A stretch of DNA of 49,219 bases from a bacterium. Its GTDB lineage: Bacteria > Zhuqueibacterota > Zhuqueibacteria > Oceanimicrobiales > Oceanimicrobiaceae. A program made the position numbers and the translations under genes. The stretch spans positions 1-49,219 of the forward strand of contig JBHHXT010000016.1 in the NCBI GenBank assembly GCA_046757165.1. The letters are read 5' to 3'. Under the pieces are notes generated by a model. The model made no database searches, was not told the DNA's origin, and worked only from the letters and a program-made list of their open reading frames with translations. The first letter of the stretch is position 1; every line of letters begins with the position of its first letter. Positions 1 to 10,416 of the stretch are shown one piece after another.

Positions 1-41
1 TCTCCTCCTGGGAGGAGACAGAAAATGAACTTGTTCATTTT
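1..41. repeat. Tandem short hairpins downstream of prmA (REP-like or terminator; cut by the window edge)
   Basis: TCTCCTCC-TG-GGAGGAGA at 1-18, then GAAAATGAAC-TT-GTTCATTTTC at 21-42. Confidence 0.4.
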
Positions 42-72
42 CAGAGGTGGGTTTGGCCGGAGGTGGTTTGGT

Positions 73-1002
73 CTACCGGTTCCGGGACAAAAAAAATCGA
101 AGTGTCGAAGTTGATACGAAGGTTGGCGATTGCCCCTGAGCGCGTTTCACGACCAGAGCCGCCCACTCGCTCATCGTGCGAACGTCTGAGATGGACAGCG
201 CTCCCAGGTCCGCGATCAGGCGCCTGATTTCCGGCATCTCTTCGGCCAGAATGCCCGACATGAGCAACTGGCCTGCCGGCGCCAGGAGACCTTTGAGGTT
301 CTCCAAAAGCGGAAAGAAGGTTCGCTTCGTCAAGTTGGCGAGAATCAAATCCAGGCTGGCCGCAGGCAGCGCCACAGAATCCAGCTCGCCGACGAGCAGC
401 TCGACTTTTGGGGCGCCGAGATTGCGTTTGACGTTTTCCCGCGCCGCCTCGATGGCCACCGGGTCATGGTCCAGGGCAATCACGTGACGCGCGCCGAGTT
501 TCATGGCCGCAATGGCCAGGATTCCTGTGCCGGTCCCCACATCCAGCACCTCTTTGTCACCCATGACCTGGTCCTCGAGCAGGTGGAGCATCAACCGTGT
601 CGTTTCGTGGGTGCCGGTACCAAAGGCCTGCTTCGGGTCGATTTCGATAACAAAGGTGTCGGCCGGTTCGTGCAGCGGCTCCCAGGTCGGCTTGACGATG
701 AATCTCTTAGAAACGCGGCACGGTTTGATCTGCTTTTTCCATTCAGCGTTCCAGTCTTCGCTCGGAGTGAGCGTGAGGGTGTACGTTTGGTCCGGCGTGG
801 TCAAGCCGATCTCCTGGAGCGCCCGCAGGTAGGCCTCTGTTTTTCCGCGCAGCATCGGTTCAGAGAAATCGGGTGAGAAATAGGAGAGGACTTCCTGCTC
901 GAGCTGTTGACAGCCAGCGCACCCCATATCGAACAGAAAGTTCAGGAGTGCCTCACGATTTGCGTCAGTTGCAGGGATGCGAATTTCGAACCAGGGGGCC
1001 AT
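73..1002 (-). CDS. prmA: 50S ribosomal protein L11 methyltransferase
   Basis: EDWNAEWK, IDPKQAFGTGTHETT, SAM motif VLDVGTGTGILAIAA, ILANL, LLMSGIL. ATG at 1002 preferred over GTG at 1008. Confidence 0.95.
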   Translation of the reverse strand: MAPWFEIRIPATDANREALLNFLFDMGCAGCQQLEQEVLSYFSPDFSEPMLRGKTEAYLRALQEIGLTTPDQTYTLTLTPSEDWNAEWKKQIKPCRVSKRFIVKPTWEPLHEPADTFVIEIDPKQAFGTGTHETTRLMLHLLEDQVMGDKEVLDVGTGTGILAIAAMKLGARHVIALDHDPVAIEAARENVKRNLGAPKVELLVGELDSVALPAASLDLILANLTKRTFFPLLENLKGLLAPAGQLLMSGILAEEMPEIRRLIADLGALSISDVRTMSEWAALVVKRAQGQSPTFVSTSTLRFFLSRNR

Positions 1003-1045
1003 GAGCACTTAGTACAGGAATTCGTAATTACTATTAGGTATTTGT

Positions 1046-1121
1046 CTCACGCAAAGACGCCAAGCTCGCAGAGTTTGTTTTTGACCATCATTTCTCTGCG
1101 GACTTTGCGGCTTTGCGTGAG
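1046..1121. repeat. Imperfect 28-bp inverted repeat (CACGCAAAG-type dispersed palindrome)
   Basis: Arm 1046-1073 matches the reverse complement of 1094-1121 at 24/28 positions. An 18-nt exact inverted copy occurs at 40616-40633. Confidence 0.8.
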
Positions 1122-1144
1122 GGGATATGCAATCGAACTAGGAG

Positions 1145-4100
1145 TTAGTTGCCGCGAATGGCAATATTGATGTCGATACCAAACTCCTGAACTTTGGTCG
1201 TACCGGTCTTTTTGAGGGTGGTCTTGCCGATTTCGATGAACGCACCGCCGCGCACCGTGTTGCTGAAGGAGTACTTCACTTCCGGGCGGACCGTCCAGCG
1301 CTCCGTACTGTTGGTGACCACAAAGTCTCCGTTCCCCTGCCTGTTTTTGGTGGTCACTTTGCTGGCCGTGAAAGAGAAAATGAAATTGATCGAGTTCTTC
1401 AGCTCGGCTTTGTTAAAGGGCCAGATGGGGAGCCTGAATCCGGATCGTTTTGAATAGTTGGCCGAAATAGTAAGGTCATCGTTTTCGTTGCGGTTTTCGC
1501 CAAGCTCGATCAGTTGCCCCTCTGAGTTGGTCGAAAAGGTCAGGTTGGAGGTGCGACCGCGATTGACCTGAATGTTGCCGGTAAAGCCGTTCTTGAAGTT
1601 CAACGTCAACTTGCCGAGTGGGCGGAAATTGCTGGAAATGTTTCTTGAATTGAGATTGCTTTCCTGCCCGCGCCAGTTCTCCGTTCTCTGGCCGGAGTAA
1701 CCGTGGCTGAAGGTGACGTTGTTGAACACTTTGTTGAAAAGCGGCAAGCCCTGCAAACCAGAAATTGCGACGGTCCACTCGGGAAAAGGAATATTCAACT
1801 CTTTTTCAGCCAGGTAGCTGATGGTGTTGTTTCCCTGGGCTGTCGTGCCCGTGCTGGTGGTCGAGGTGTTTTCCTGGTCGCTTTGATTGTAGCGCAGCGA
1901 GATATCGATGGCACGCCCCAACGCAATTCCTGAATTGAGCGACATATTCTTGGTCAGGCCGGAGGAAAACAGGTTGCCGCTCACGCCCTCTGCGGTGCCG
2001 ACGCCGGTGGAGTCGCCGCCAAACTGAAAGGCCAGACTCGGTTTCTGGCCGGCGGCAAGACCTGCCTGGGTGTGGTTTTCCCGTTCCGAGTAAGTAAACT
2101 GCACGTCCTTGAAACCAGAGAAGAAACTGCCGACTGCTTTGAGGGGGTTGAACGATTTTCCGGTTTTTTTCTGTTGCAGGAAGCTGAGCTCGTTACGGGG
2201 CTGGTCGCGCTCCCCTCCCGGCCGTCCGCGCGTTGGCCGGCCTCTTCGTCCTCTGCCGCGCGCGCCTTTCGAGCCGCCCCCGAAGACGGAATTGAGCAAC
2301 TGTTTCCACCTGAAGGTGAAGTCTGCCGAGCGGCTGATGTCATTGCTGGCCCTGCGGCCCGTGTCACGGTTCTGCAGAGGGGAGGAAAATCTGTAGTTGA
2401 CATTATATTTGAACGTGTTGGAAAGCCAGCTAAAGACCGTGGGTGAATAAGTGGTTTGGAATTGTTGATTCTGGTCGGTGTCGTTGAAGTCAAGCTGAAA
2501 GAAATCTTTGAACTCCTTGTCTCTTAATTGCGCCTTGTGTGAGCGGCTGTAGGTGACATTGAGGCTTTCGAGGACTTTCATGCTGGCTCGTACGTTGCGG
2601 TCCGAATTAAAGGTCAGGTTTTCATCCGGCTCAGCCAGCTCATTTGTGTTGCGGATGCGGTTTTGTCTCATGGTCTCGATTCTTGTGCCGTTGACACGGG
2701 CGGTGACACTTTGTGGCGTATAGTAGAGCTTGGTCTCTTTGGCTTTGTTGATGAGCGGCAGATTCGGCAGCCAGGCGAAGGGCGAGAAATAGTTGTTGCG
2801 TCCGAAGTCGAGCCGCCATTCCACGTTGCCGGTCCACCGGGTGTTTTTGTTGACGGGCGCGCTCGGCGTCTTGCTGTCTGTGGATGAGCGACCCAGGTTG
2901 ACCGATAGGTTATCGATGAGATTCTTGACAAAGAAGTTTTTCGACTTCGCCGATCTCTTGAAGGAGATGTTGAAGCCGGTCTGCTTGTTGACTTTTTCAA
3001 CCCGGTTACGCAAGTCAGGATCATCGAGGTCACGGGCGATGACTTCCCGGTCCTGACCGGGGAAGTACTTTGGCGTGCTGGTGTTTTCCCTGAAGTTAAG
3101 CGTGAGCGGCATGGAGATTCCGAGTGCTTGCGGCAGCATCTTATCCAGGCTGATATTGGCGTTCAGGCTTTTGCTCAAGCTGTTGTCGCCTGTGCCGAAG
3201 CGGGTGGCGACGTTGTGAAAGTCCGCTTCCTTGCGTTCGATTTCTCCGTTGACCGAGGCAAAATCTGCGATGCGCAAATCGAATCGGCCACGCATGGCCA
3301 TGCCGCGGTCCTGCTCAACCTCAGAAAGACGCAGCTCGTTGAACCAGACGTCGCCGGTAAAGGGCGTTCCGTTTTCATCGACATTTTTGATTCCGAGTGT
3401 CAGGACACGAATATTGGTAAAGGAAGGCGTCCCCTTCACCCTGAGCTCCTTTTCCACACCATCCTGAACAATGCGCTTGCCGACAACCGTACTATCGAAT
3501 TCGAAGAATAGACCCGAAGTATCGCCTAACGATGGGTCAATGGTCGTGAACTCCAAAATGGGTAAATCCATGTGGTTTCTATCATCCCAACCCGGGTAGA
3601 CGCGCGATCGATACTCGTAATAGTTGTTGTTATTGGTGCCAAACCTGACAAAATACTCCAATCCGCTGGTGTCGGTTTCCGTCACCGGCAGATGGGAGCC
3701 GACCGGGTCATCCCCGTACACAAACATCTTGATGCGGTCATAGTGGATATAGTTCTCCCCCTGGAAGAGGCTCTTTTGCGCGATGCCCGCCTCACCGGAG
3801 TTGAGCGTAATCGCTTTCAGCACAAGAGACTGCTCACGCGCCTGAACGCCGGTGACTTTGTCTTCCTCGCCCTGCACGTTGATGGCCTCCAGCGTGCTGG
3901 CGTAAAATGGACTGTCGTGGGTGTTGATCTGGGCGACGGCAAATCTATCGCCAACCTCTTCCGGCGGCGTGAGCTCGCTGCGGTCCTGCAGATCGAATTC
4001 ACTTCTGTTCTTCGCGATGCCAATTTCTTTCCATTCGCTGCCCACCATATTTATTTCGGCGATGCTGATGCGGACGCGCTGGTCCCCCTCGAACTCGAGC

Positions 4101-7100
4101 GAATCAACCCAGATGCGCACATATTCGATCAAGGTGGCGGTTGGGTCTCCCACCCGAAATGAGTCGTTATTGGTGATGAACGGGATGCGGTACAATTTCC
4201 ACGGCCCCCCCCGGCTTTCGGGATTGTTTGGATTGCCGCCCACAATGAGGTCACTATCGGGACTGTCCGGACGCAACGAGAATGAATAGGTGAAGTAGTT
4301 GTTGGAAGGGTCGAGAATGCCGTTGCCGTTGATATCTTCGCTGTCAGGCAGTCGTCCGCCTTCGTCATTTTCACTGCCCTCCGAGCCATTTATCGACCGC
4401 ACCGATCCTTCGAAGAAGATATATTGTCGACCTGAATTGTAGAACCAATCGTCGTAGCTCCATGGTTCGTCGTGATTCTTGATGCCATCCCCATTGATAT
4501 CCCAGAAATCGAAGGGGACGATATCCGCACTGCTGTCGGGACCGGCGAATCCCTGCGGCGCCCCGACCTTGCGCGGGAAATTGGTCACCGGCGGATCGAT
4601 CTTGGCAACCCCGTCGATGCCAATATCTTCGCCGGGATCGAGCGCGCCATTCCTGGGAACGGTCCTGTCTTCGGTATCCAAGTCGTTGTTCTTGATCACG
4701 TCTTCTGAAATGGAGCCCAGGTCGATGTGCACCCGGCCGTTGTCTCCCTGCACCATGATTTCGATGAATTTGGTCTGCGTCTGGTCAAAAAATCCTGCCG
4801 ACAGTGCGCGCATGATTCCGCCCCACCGTTTGGGATTCGGCTGCTCGTCTCCGGGGTTGAAGAACTCCATGGTCAGCACATGGGTGCGGTTTTGCGCCTG
4901 CCCGCCCGTTCTGGACTGGGTGTCACGCTCAGGGAAAATATCCTTGATGTTGACCTGGTCAAACGGGTTGTACCAGATGAAATTGTTGAGCTTGTTCCTG
5001 TAGTTATGGATGCCATCTTCCGGCCCGGAGGCGATGGTCCAATTCCTGCGCAGCACGCCCAGGTTCACCGCTTTCTTGGCCGCCTCAAAATCATCGATAT
5101 AGGCCACCCCGCGGTTGTCGCCGGTTCGGGTATTGTTCAGCGTGTTCGGGGTGGGCAGAACCTGCGCGACCTCGCCTTCCAGATTCAACGTCGTCTGGCC
5201 GTTGGCGCGGATCAAGGGCAAGGCGTTGAACGCCCGACCAATAAAGTTTGGCGTAAGCTTGAGCTTGGAGTTGACATCCCACACGACGTTGCGCATGGGA
5301 CCCCGGCCAACGCGCACTTTCTGGTCCAGCGTGCTCTCGCTGAGATAAAGCAAGGTGCCACCGATAAACGAATCCCGCCCCAGATTGTACTCTGTGCGCA
5401 TGCCGAGGATGGTCTTCTTCTCCAGTTGGAAAAGCTGGTTGCGCTCATAGGTGATATCGAGCTGCGCAGACGGATTGGCCGCGTCGTCATTGAGCATGAT
5501 GAGCTGGCCCGAAAAGTAGTCGATGGTGTAATCCCGATCCTTTTGCAGAGTGCGGCCATTCAGTGTCACGACCTCGGAGCCCTCGATGACATTAAAGCCA
5601 AGGTTATATTCCGTGCCACGGTTCTGGGTCTTGACATTGATTTCGAACTGAGTGGCCAGGCGGATCTTATCCGGGTCTGTTTCCGTATAGATTTCCCTGA
5701 CTCTAAAGGTCGAGTCAGGGCCTTGCAATTCCCGTATGAAACCATTGCCCATGAAATACCCAACCGGATCAAAGGGCCGCAAGTCCCTGAAATGTAATTC
5801 ACCATTTTCCAGGTCGACAATGTTGACATCGATGTCGATGATGCCATCAGCCGCGCCAATGCCATTTTGGTTGTTTCGATCCAGGCCGAACACCTCCAGC
5901 CAGTTTCGTCTGTCGGGTGCCACTTCTTGCGGCACCGAGCCCGGCTCATTGAACAGGATCTTGACCTCGAACCCGTCTTCATTGATCTTGCGGCTGCCAA
6001 GCGAGTAGACATGCTTCCAGGCCAGGTCCCAGGTCAGGTAATCGGGATGGTTTTTGCGATCGCGGACGAGCTTCAGATTGATGATATCATTTGTGACTGT
6101 CGTATCCCGGACGAAGTTGAGATCGCCAAACCGGCGGTCATCTCTCGTCCTGTAGGCCACGGCCAGGATTTCACCATCGGCAAGCGGCGTGTTCAAACGA
6201 ATCCAGCCCTGGTCGTACTGCACAAAATATTCATTGGGTTCCAGGCGAATAAATTGTCCTTGCGCCTTTTCTCCCTCCTTTGGTTGGAATCTCGATATGC
6301 CCACGCCGATGGAGTCGCTGTCAAACCACGCCCGTCCTTCGATGACCTTATCCGGATCGTTGATGTCATTGTTGGGGGCCGCTTTGTAGACATCAATGGA
6401 GTCCGGAACAACTCCGCTGTCCGGAACAGCGATGTGGACGCCGTCAGCCGTGAAAAATCTATATCGGCTGCGGTACTCCATGTCCAGAAAAAAGTATTGG
6501 TCTTTCAAATACCGGTAATCCTGGACTCTGTTGCTTCCGGAGGTCGCGCCGCCGGACAGACTCAGCTTCTGGCTCTCTCCCTTCTCCTGACTGGCAATGG
6601 CGATCAGGTTGAGATTGCCCAGCACCAGCTCGCTCTTCAGGCCGAACAGACCGGAGTTCTTGCCGCTGAAGGTCACATAGCGTGTCCCTGGCAGGGAAAG
6701 CGAAATGTTGCCGGCTTCAAAGCGCCGCAAGATCTCGTCATCGTAGCCCTGGTAGAGCAGGCGGACGTTGTTGTCAAAATCGAACGCACGTTCGCTGTCC
6801 TGGTCCACATTGACCGTGACTTTCTCGCCGATCTTGCCCGTGACGGAGAAACGCTGGGTTTGCTGCATTTTGAAATTGGTGCTGGCGCCACGCGTCAAGG
6901 CGGTCCTGACCTCGCTGCGGTCCTCGCGCCGAATCCCGGCCTGAATCCGGATGTCGCCGCTCACCACCAGACCGACGGTGCCGCTCCCGAAGATCTTCTG
7001 AAAGGTCTTGCTTTTGATCTTGACCGGAATCTCCAGGTTGATGCCACCCGCGCCGCGGCTGCCCGCTTCTTCCTCGTTCAGGCGGCGGGCAGCGTACTCA

Positions 7101-7471
7101 TGCCACGTCTTTCTCATCTGTTGCTCTTGCAGGAAGGTCAGGTACTCATGGAAGGGCATCACCATCGGAGGCTGCACATCATTATCCAGGACGGTTTGGC
7201 GCAAGAAAACCGGCGCCTCGAGGGACTCCAATTCCGCGACCTGGTGGATGTTGGTCGCGTAGCTGGTCAGGGGGCCCGGCACATAGCCCTGAACGGAGAA
7301 AACACTCATCCGTTGCCGGTGCCGGAACGACGCGAGCGAATGATAGGGGGAAGTGACTTTGAAACCCAGGGGACCGGAACGAGAGGCGGGTTGTGCACCC
7401 CCTCCAGAAACAAAGAGGAGGGAGACACAAACAGCGTGTATGAAAAAGGTGACGTATTTACGTACGTTCAT
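1145..7471 (-). CDS. sprA: Cell-surface protein SprA homologue (T9SS translocon-type large outer-membrane beta-barrel protein)
   Basis: 2108 aa with signal peptide. SprA-typical segments: IFGSGTV, VTGKIGEKV, Y-x-G-x-DDEILRRFEAGNISLSLP, GLFGLKS, DYTIDYFSG, AYIDDFE, IDLGSISED, DSEDINGNG, VWFNELRL, and a beta-strand-rich C-terminus. Confidence 0.88.
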   Translation of the reverse strand: MNVRKYVTFFIHAVCVSLLFVSGGGAQPASRSGPLGFKVTSPYHSLASFRHRQRMSVFSVQGYVPGPLTSYATNIHQVAELESLEAPVFLRQTVLDNDVQPPMVMPFHEYLTFLQEQQMRKTWHEYAARRLNEEEAGSRGAGGINLEIPVKIKSKTFQKIFGSGTVGLVVSGDIRIQAGIRREDRSEVRTALTRGASTNFKMQQTQRFSVTGKIGEKVTVNVDQDSERAFDFDNNVRLLYQGYDDEILRRFEAGNISLSLPGTRYVTFSGKNSGLFGLKSELVLGNLNLIAIASQEKGESQKLSLSGGATSGSNRVQDYRYLKDQYFFLDMEYRSRYRFFTADGVHIAVPDSGVVPDSIDVYKAAPNNDINDPDKVIEGRAWFDSDSIGVGISRFQPKEGEKAQGQFIRLEPNEYFVQYDQGWIRLNTPLADGEILAVAYRTRDDRRFGDLNFVRDTTVTNDIINLKLVRDRKNHPDYLTWDLAWKHVYSLGSRKINEDGFEVKILFNEPGSVPQEVAPDRRNWLEVFGLDRNNQNGIGAADGIIDIDVNIVDLENGELHFRDLRPFDPVGYFMGNGFIRELQGPDSTFRVREIYTETDPDKIRLATQFEINVKTQNRGTEYNLGFNVIEGSEVVTLNGRTLQKDRDYTIDYFSGQLIMLNDDAANPSAQLDITYERNQLFQLEKKTILGMRTEYNLGRDSFIGGTLLYLSESTLDQKVRVGRGPMRNVVWDVNSKLKLTPNFIGRAFNALPLIRANGQTTLNLEGEVAQVLPTPNTLNNTRTGDNRGVAYIDDFEAAKKAVNLGVLRRNWTIASGPEDGIHNYRNKLNNFIWYNPFDQVNIKDIFPERDTQSRTGGQAQNRTHVLTMEFFNPGDEQPNPKRWGGIMRALSAGFFDQTQTKFIEIMVQGDNGRVHIDLGSISEDVIKNNDLDTEDRTVPRNGALDPGEDIGIDGVAKIDPPVTNFPRKVGAPQGFAGPDSSADIVPFDFWDINGDGIKNHDEPWSYDDWFYNSGRQYIFFEGSVRSINGSEGSENDEGGRLPDSEDINGNGILDPSNNYFTYSFSLRPDSPDSDLIVGGNPNNPESRGGPWKLYRIPFITNNDSFRVGDPTATLIEYVRIWVDSLEFEGDQRVRISIAEINMVGSEWKEIGIAKNRSEFDLQDRSELTPPEEVGDRFAVAQINTHDSPFYASTLEAINVQGEEDKVTGVQAREQSLVLKAITLNSGEAGIAQKSLFQGENYIHYDRIKMFVYGDDPVGSHLPVTETDTSGLEYFVRFGTNNNNYYEYRSRVYPGWDDRNHMDLPILEFTTIDPSLGDTSGLFFEFDSTVVGKRIVQDGVEKELRVKGTPSFTNIRVLTLGIKNVDENGTPFTGDVWFNELRLSEVEQDRGMAMRGRFDLRIADFASVNGEIERKEADFHNVATRFGTGDNSLSKSLNANISLDKMLPQALGISMPLTLNFRENTSTPKYFPGQDREVIARDLDDPDLRNRVEKVNKQTGFNISFKRSAKSKNFFVKNLIDNLSVNLGRSSTDSKTPSAPVNKNTRWTGNVEWRLDFGRNNYFSPFAWLPNLPLINKAKETKLYYTPQSVTARVNGTRIETMRQNRIRNTNELAEPDENLTFNSDRNVRASMKVLESLNVTYSRSHKAQLRDKEFKDFFQLDFNDTDQNQQFQTTYSPTVFSWLSNTFKYNVNYRFSSPLQNRDTGRRASNDISRSADFTFRWKQLLNSVFGGGSKGARGRGRRGRPTRGRPGGERDQPRNELSFLQQKKTGKSFNPLKAVGSFFSGFKDVQFTYSERENHTQAGLAAGQKPSLAFQFGGDSTGVGTAEGVSGNLFSSGLTKNMSLNSGIALGRAIDISLRYNQSDQENTSTTSTGTTAQGNNTISYLAEKELNIPFPEWTVAISGLQGLPLFNKVFNNVTFSHGYSGQRTENWRGQESNLNSRNISSNFRPLGKLTLNFKNGFTGNIQVNRGRTSNLTFSTNSEGQLIELGENRNENDDLTISANYSKRSGFRLPIWPFNKAELKNSINFIFSFTASKVTTKNRQGNGDFVVTNSTERWTVRPEVKYSFSNTVRGGAFIEIGKTTLKKTGTTKVQEFGIDINIAIRGN

Positions 7472-7643
7472 TTCCTGAGAGTAGAGTAATTTTCAATTCT
7501 ACAAATGGCGTTTTTTACCGCACCCGTGCTCGAGGGTCAAGCCATCTGATCCTGTAAAATCAATAACAAACTACTCGATAGAACCTCCCGGGAAATGTCT
7601 GAGCCAATTCTAAACTTTTAAAAATCACGGTGAAAGGTAGGTG

Positions 7644-7672
7644 AAAATAAAGAATCCAAACCAGAATTGCAA
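7644..7672 (-). promoter_or_regulatory. Putative sigma70 promoter for sprA
   Basis: Minus strand TTGCAA (7672-7667), 17-nt spacer, TATTTT (7649-7644). Confidence 0.45.
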
Positions 7673-7763
7673 GCAAAAATTTGGACAAACTGGCCCGCAA
7701 AAAACACTGCATTAAACGCCTGCCGAACCACAAAGTTTCCCATATGACCGGATAAGAATTGAC

Positions 7764-7792
7764 TTGCGTAAGTCGCTGATCCGGTTTATATT
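7764..7792 (+). promoter_or_regulatory. Putative sigma70 promoter for lptFG
   Basis: TTGCGT (7764-7769), 17-nt spacer, TATATT (7787-7792). Confidence 0.5.
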
Positions 7793-7920
7793 AGGTAGTG
7801 TCTGGCCGAAAACTCCGATTTTTGATGTCCGTTAGATGAGTTTTCGGCCAACCACCAGGTAGAGCAAAAACGGAGCGGCAACTTGAAACAAGACGCTCGA
7901 AAGGAAACCAACCTGGCGAA

Positions 7921-9264
7921 ATGCTGAAAATCCTGCCTAAGTATATCCTGCGAGAGCATATCGGCCCTTTTGTGTTCGCGCTTGCCGTCATCAACTCGGT
8001 GTTCATCTTGAACTTGCTGTTCAAGCAACTGGGCAAGTTTCTTAGCAAAAGCATTCCCCTGCCGGTGATCATGGAGTTTCTCTTCCTGAATCTGGCGTGG
8101 ATGATCGCGCTTTCGGTGCCGATGGCGGTCCTGACAGCCACGATGATGGCCTTCGGCCGTCTTTCGGCGGAACATGAGATCACCGCGGTCAAAGCCAGCG
8201 GCGTTAGCCTGACCCGTATCCTGCTCTTCGTTCTGGCGATGGCGTTCTTGCTCTGCTGCGGCTTGATCTGGTTTAACAACCATGTCTTACCAGACTTCAA
8301 CCACCGGGCCCGGCTACTGGCGGTTGATATCGCCCGCAAGAAACCGATGATCAATCTCGACTCAGGCGTGCTTTACACCGACATCCCCGGCTATAGTATT
8401 TTGGTGCAAAACGTCGTTGAAAAGGGCGGGATCTCCTATGTCGACACCATCATCATCGACGACCAATCCGAACGCAACGTCATCAAAACCATCACGGCCA
8501 GCAAAGGCGAGCTGCTTATGGATGAGAAAACCGGCGTGCTCGAAATCACGCTTTTCGACGGCGAGGTCCATGAAGTGGATATTCACCGGGCAGAGTCGTT
8601 CAAGAAACTCGAATTCCCTAAGCACATTCTGAAGATTCCGATGACCGAATCGCTGCTGCGCCGCACCGCATCCGGCTACAGGGGAGACCGCGAAAAAAGC
8701 GCGGCCGCGCTGATGGAGGGGGTGCTGGAGAACCGCAAGCGGATCGCCGAGCGAAAACGGAAGATCACCGAGATGATGCAGAAAAAGATCGAGCAGTACG
8801 CGCTTCCTGACAAAAAATCCCGTTTGACCCTGCCGCGGCTCATCCGTGACCAGGAGCAGTTGCAGCGACAGGTTCAGTCCGAGTTGAGCATGATCGACAG
8901 CTATGAACGTTCCAGCAATGTCTACCTGGTGGAATACTACAAGAAATACTCCATCCCGGCGGCGTGCGTTGTCTTCATCCTGGTCGGAGCGCCGCTTGGC
9001 ATTTTGACGCGGCAGCGCGGCTGGGCCCTGGCGGCCGTGCTCAGCATCGGTTTTTTCCTTCTCTACTGGGCGTTCTTAATTGCTGGAGAAATCCTGGCCG
9101 ACCGGCAGAAACTTTCGCCTTTTTGGGCCATGTGGAGCCCCAACGCCCTGGTTGGAGGGTGCGGCATCCTTCTGGTGTTTCGCGTTGTCCGTGAAACCAC
9201 CTTCTTCCCCTGGCGTTGGAGGCCGGCGAAAGATAGGTCTGTCCCTGGAGACTCGAGGGCCTGA
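7921..9264 (+). CDS. lptF: LPS export ABC transporter permease LptF (LptF/LptG family)
   Basis: KILPKYILRE...PF, PMAVL...FGRLSAEHEITAVKASGVSL, 3+3 TM topology, KYSIPAAC...GAPLG, AMWSPN. Confidence 0.88.
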   Translation: MLKILPKYILREHIGPFVFALAVINSVFILNLLFKQLGKFLSKSIPLPVIMEFLFLNLAWMIALSVPMAVLTATMMAFGRLSAEHEITAVKASGVSLTRILLFVLAMAFLLCCGLIWFNNHVLPDFNHRARLLAVDIARKKPMINLDSGVLYTDIPGYSILVQNVVEKGGISYVDTIIIDDQSERNVIKTITASKGELLMDEKTGVLEITLFDGEVHEVDIHRAESFKKLEFPKHILKIPMTESLLRRTASGYRGDREKSAAALMEGVLENRKRIAERKRKITEMMQKKIEQYALPDKKSRLTLPRLIRDQEQLQRQVQSELSMIDSYERSSNVYLVEYYKKYSIPAACVVFILVGAPLGILTRQRGWALAAVLSIGFFLLYWAFLIAGEILADRQKLSPFWAMWSPNALVGGCGILLVFRVVRETTFFPWRWRPAKDRSVPGDSRA

Positions 9265-9331
9265 TTCGATCGTCTATCGAGAATCGATGATGGACGATTT
9301 CTTTCGAGCGCCTAACAAGTCGATACCGAGA

Positions 9332-10411
9332 ATGAAAATCTTAGACCGCTACATTATTCGTCGCTTCGTGCTCACGCTGGTCTTCGCACTTGTGAGTTTT
9401 ATCCTGGTTGTCATTTTCGTCGACATGGTGGGCAACCTGGGTAAGTTCATTGACAAGGATGTGCCCAGCCCTATCATCTTCAGATACTATCTTCTCTACG
9501 TCCCGTATATTGTCACGCTTGTGCTCCCCATTGCCATGCTGCTGGCCAGCATGTTCAGCCTGGGCCATATGGCGCGCTACAATGAGCTGACAGCGATTCG
9601 CGGCAGCGGCGTCTCGCTCAACCGCATCCTGTGGCCGCTTTTTGTGCTGAGCTTTTGGGTGAGCCTGCTCAGCCTCGGCTTCGGTGAAACCGTGGCGCCC
9701 GTGGCCAACCAGCAGAAATCGAATATCGAAGAGGAGTACCTCGATCCGTTCAAGCGCCACTCCGGCACAAACATGAAGAATATTTTTTACCGGGATAAAC
9801 TCGAGCGGCGTATTTTCATCGGCCGGTACGATGGAAAGCGCAAAATCGCCCACCGGGTCACCATCCAAACCTACCGCTCCAACTTTATTACCGAACGGTT
9901 GGACGCTGAATCGATGCAGTGGCAGGACGGCGCGTGGGTGCTGAAGGACGGCTACAAGCGCACCTTTAACAGTGGCCGCGAGCACGCCACCCCCTTCGAA
10001 ACCCTCACCGACCTTTACCTTGACTTCAGCCCGGAACAATTGATCGAGCAGCAAGCCAAGCCAGAGGACATGTCATTCCGCGAGCTCAACGATTTCATCT
10101 CCGAGGTGATGAGAAACGGGGGCGACCCCAGGAAATGGCAGGTGGACCTCCACTTCAAGTTCTCCTCACCCTTTGCCAGCTTCATCCTCGTCCTCTTCGG
10201 CGCCCCGCTGGCATCGAACAAGAACCGCAGCAGCGCAATTCTGGGGCTGATCATGAGCCTGGCGATCTACTTGTTTTATTTTGGCGTGACGCGTTTGGTC
10301 AAGACCCTTGGCGAGGTCGGGACGCTTCCCCCGGAAGTGGCCGGGTGGGTCACCAACGGCGTGTTCGTTGCGGTCGGGCTGTGCTTGCTCTTGCGTAATC
10401 GGAGGATGTGA
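9332..10411 (+). CDS. lptG: LPS export ABC transporter permease LptG (LptF/LptG family)
   Basis: MKILDRYIIRRF, LPIAMLLA...NELTAIRGSGVSL, PEDMSFREL, LFGAPL; tandem with lptF. Start set at ATG 9332. Confidence 0.88.
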   Translation: MKILDRYIIRRFVLTLVFALVSFILVVIFVDMVGNLGKFIDKDVPSPIIFRYYLLYVPYIVTLVLPIAMLLASMFSLGHMARYNELTAIRGSGVSLNRILWPLFVLSFWVSLLSLGFGETVAPVANQQKSNIEEEYLDPFKRHSGTNMKNIFYRDKLERRIFIGRYDGKRKIAHRVTIQTYRSNFITERLDAESMQWQDGAWVLKDGYKRTFNSGREHATPFETLTDLYLDFSPEQLIEQQAKPEDMSFRELNDFISEVMRNGGDPRKWQVDLHFKFSSPFASFILVLFGAPLASNKNRSSAILGLIMSLAIYLFYFGVTRLVKTLGEVGTLPPEVAGWVTNGVFVAVGLCLLLRNRRM

Positions 10412-10416
10412 ATGCT

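Noticed and set aside
73..150. C-terminal extension of PrmA as a frameshift or extra domain
   Set aside because: Only about 20 extra residues; most simply stop-codon drift, with no supporting evidence for function.
4727..7489. Long plus-strand ORFs of 356 and 540 aa opposite sprA
   Set aside because: Antisense shadows caused by codon bias; no domain signatures.
9080..9331. Extended N-terminus of LptG given in the ORF track
   Set aside because: It overlaps lptF, and the family-typical start MKILDRYI begins at 9332.
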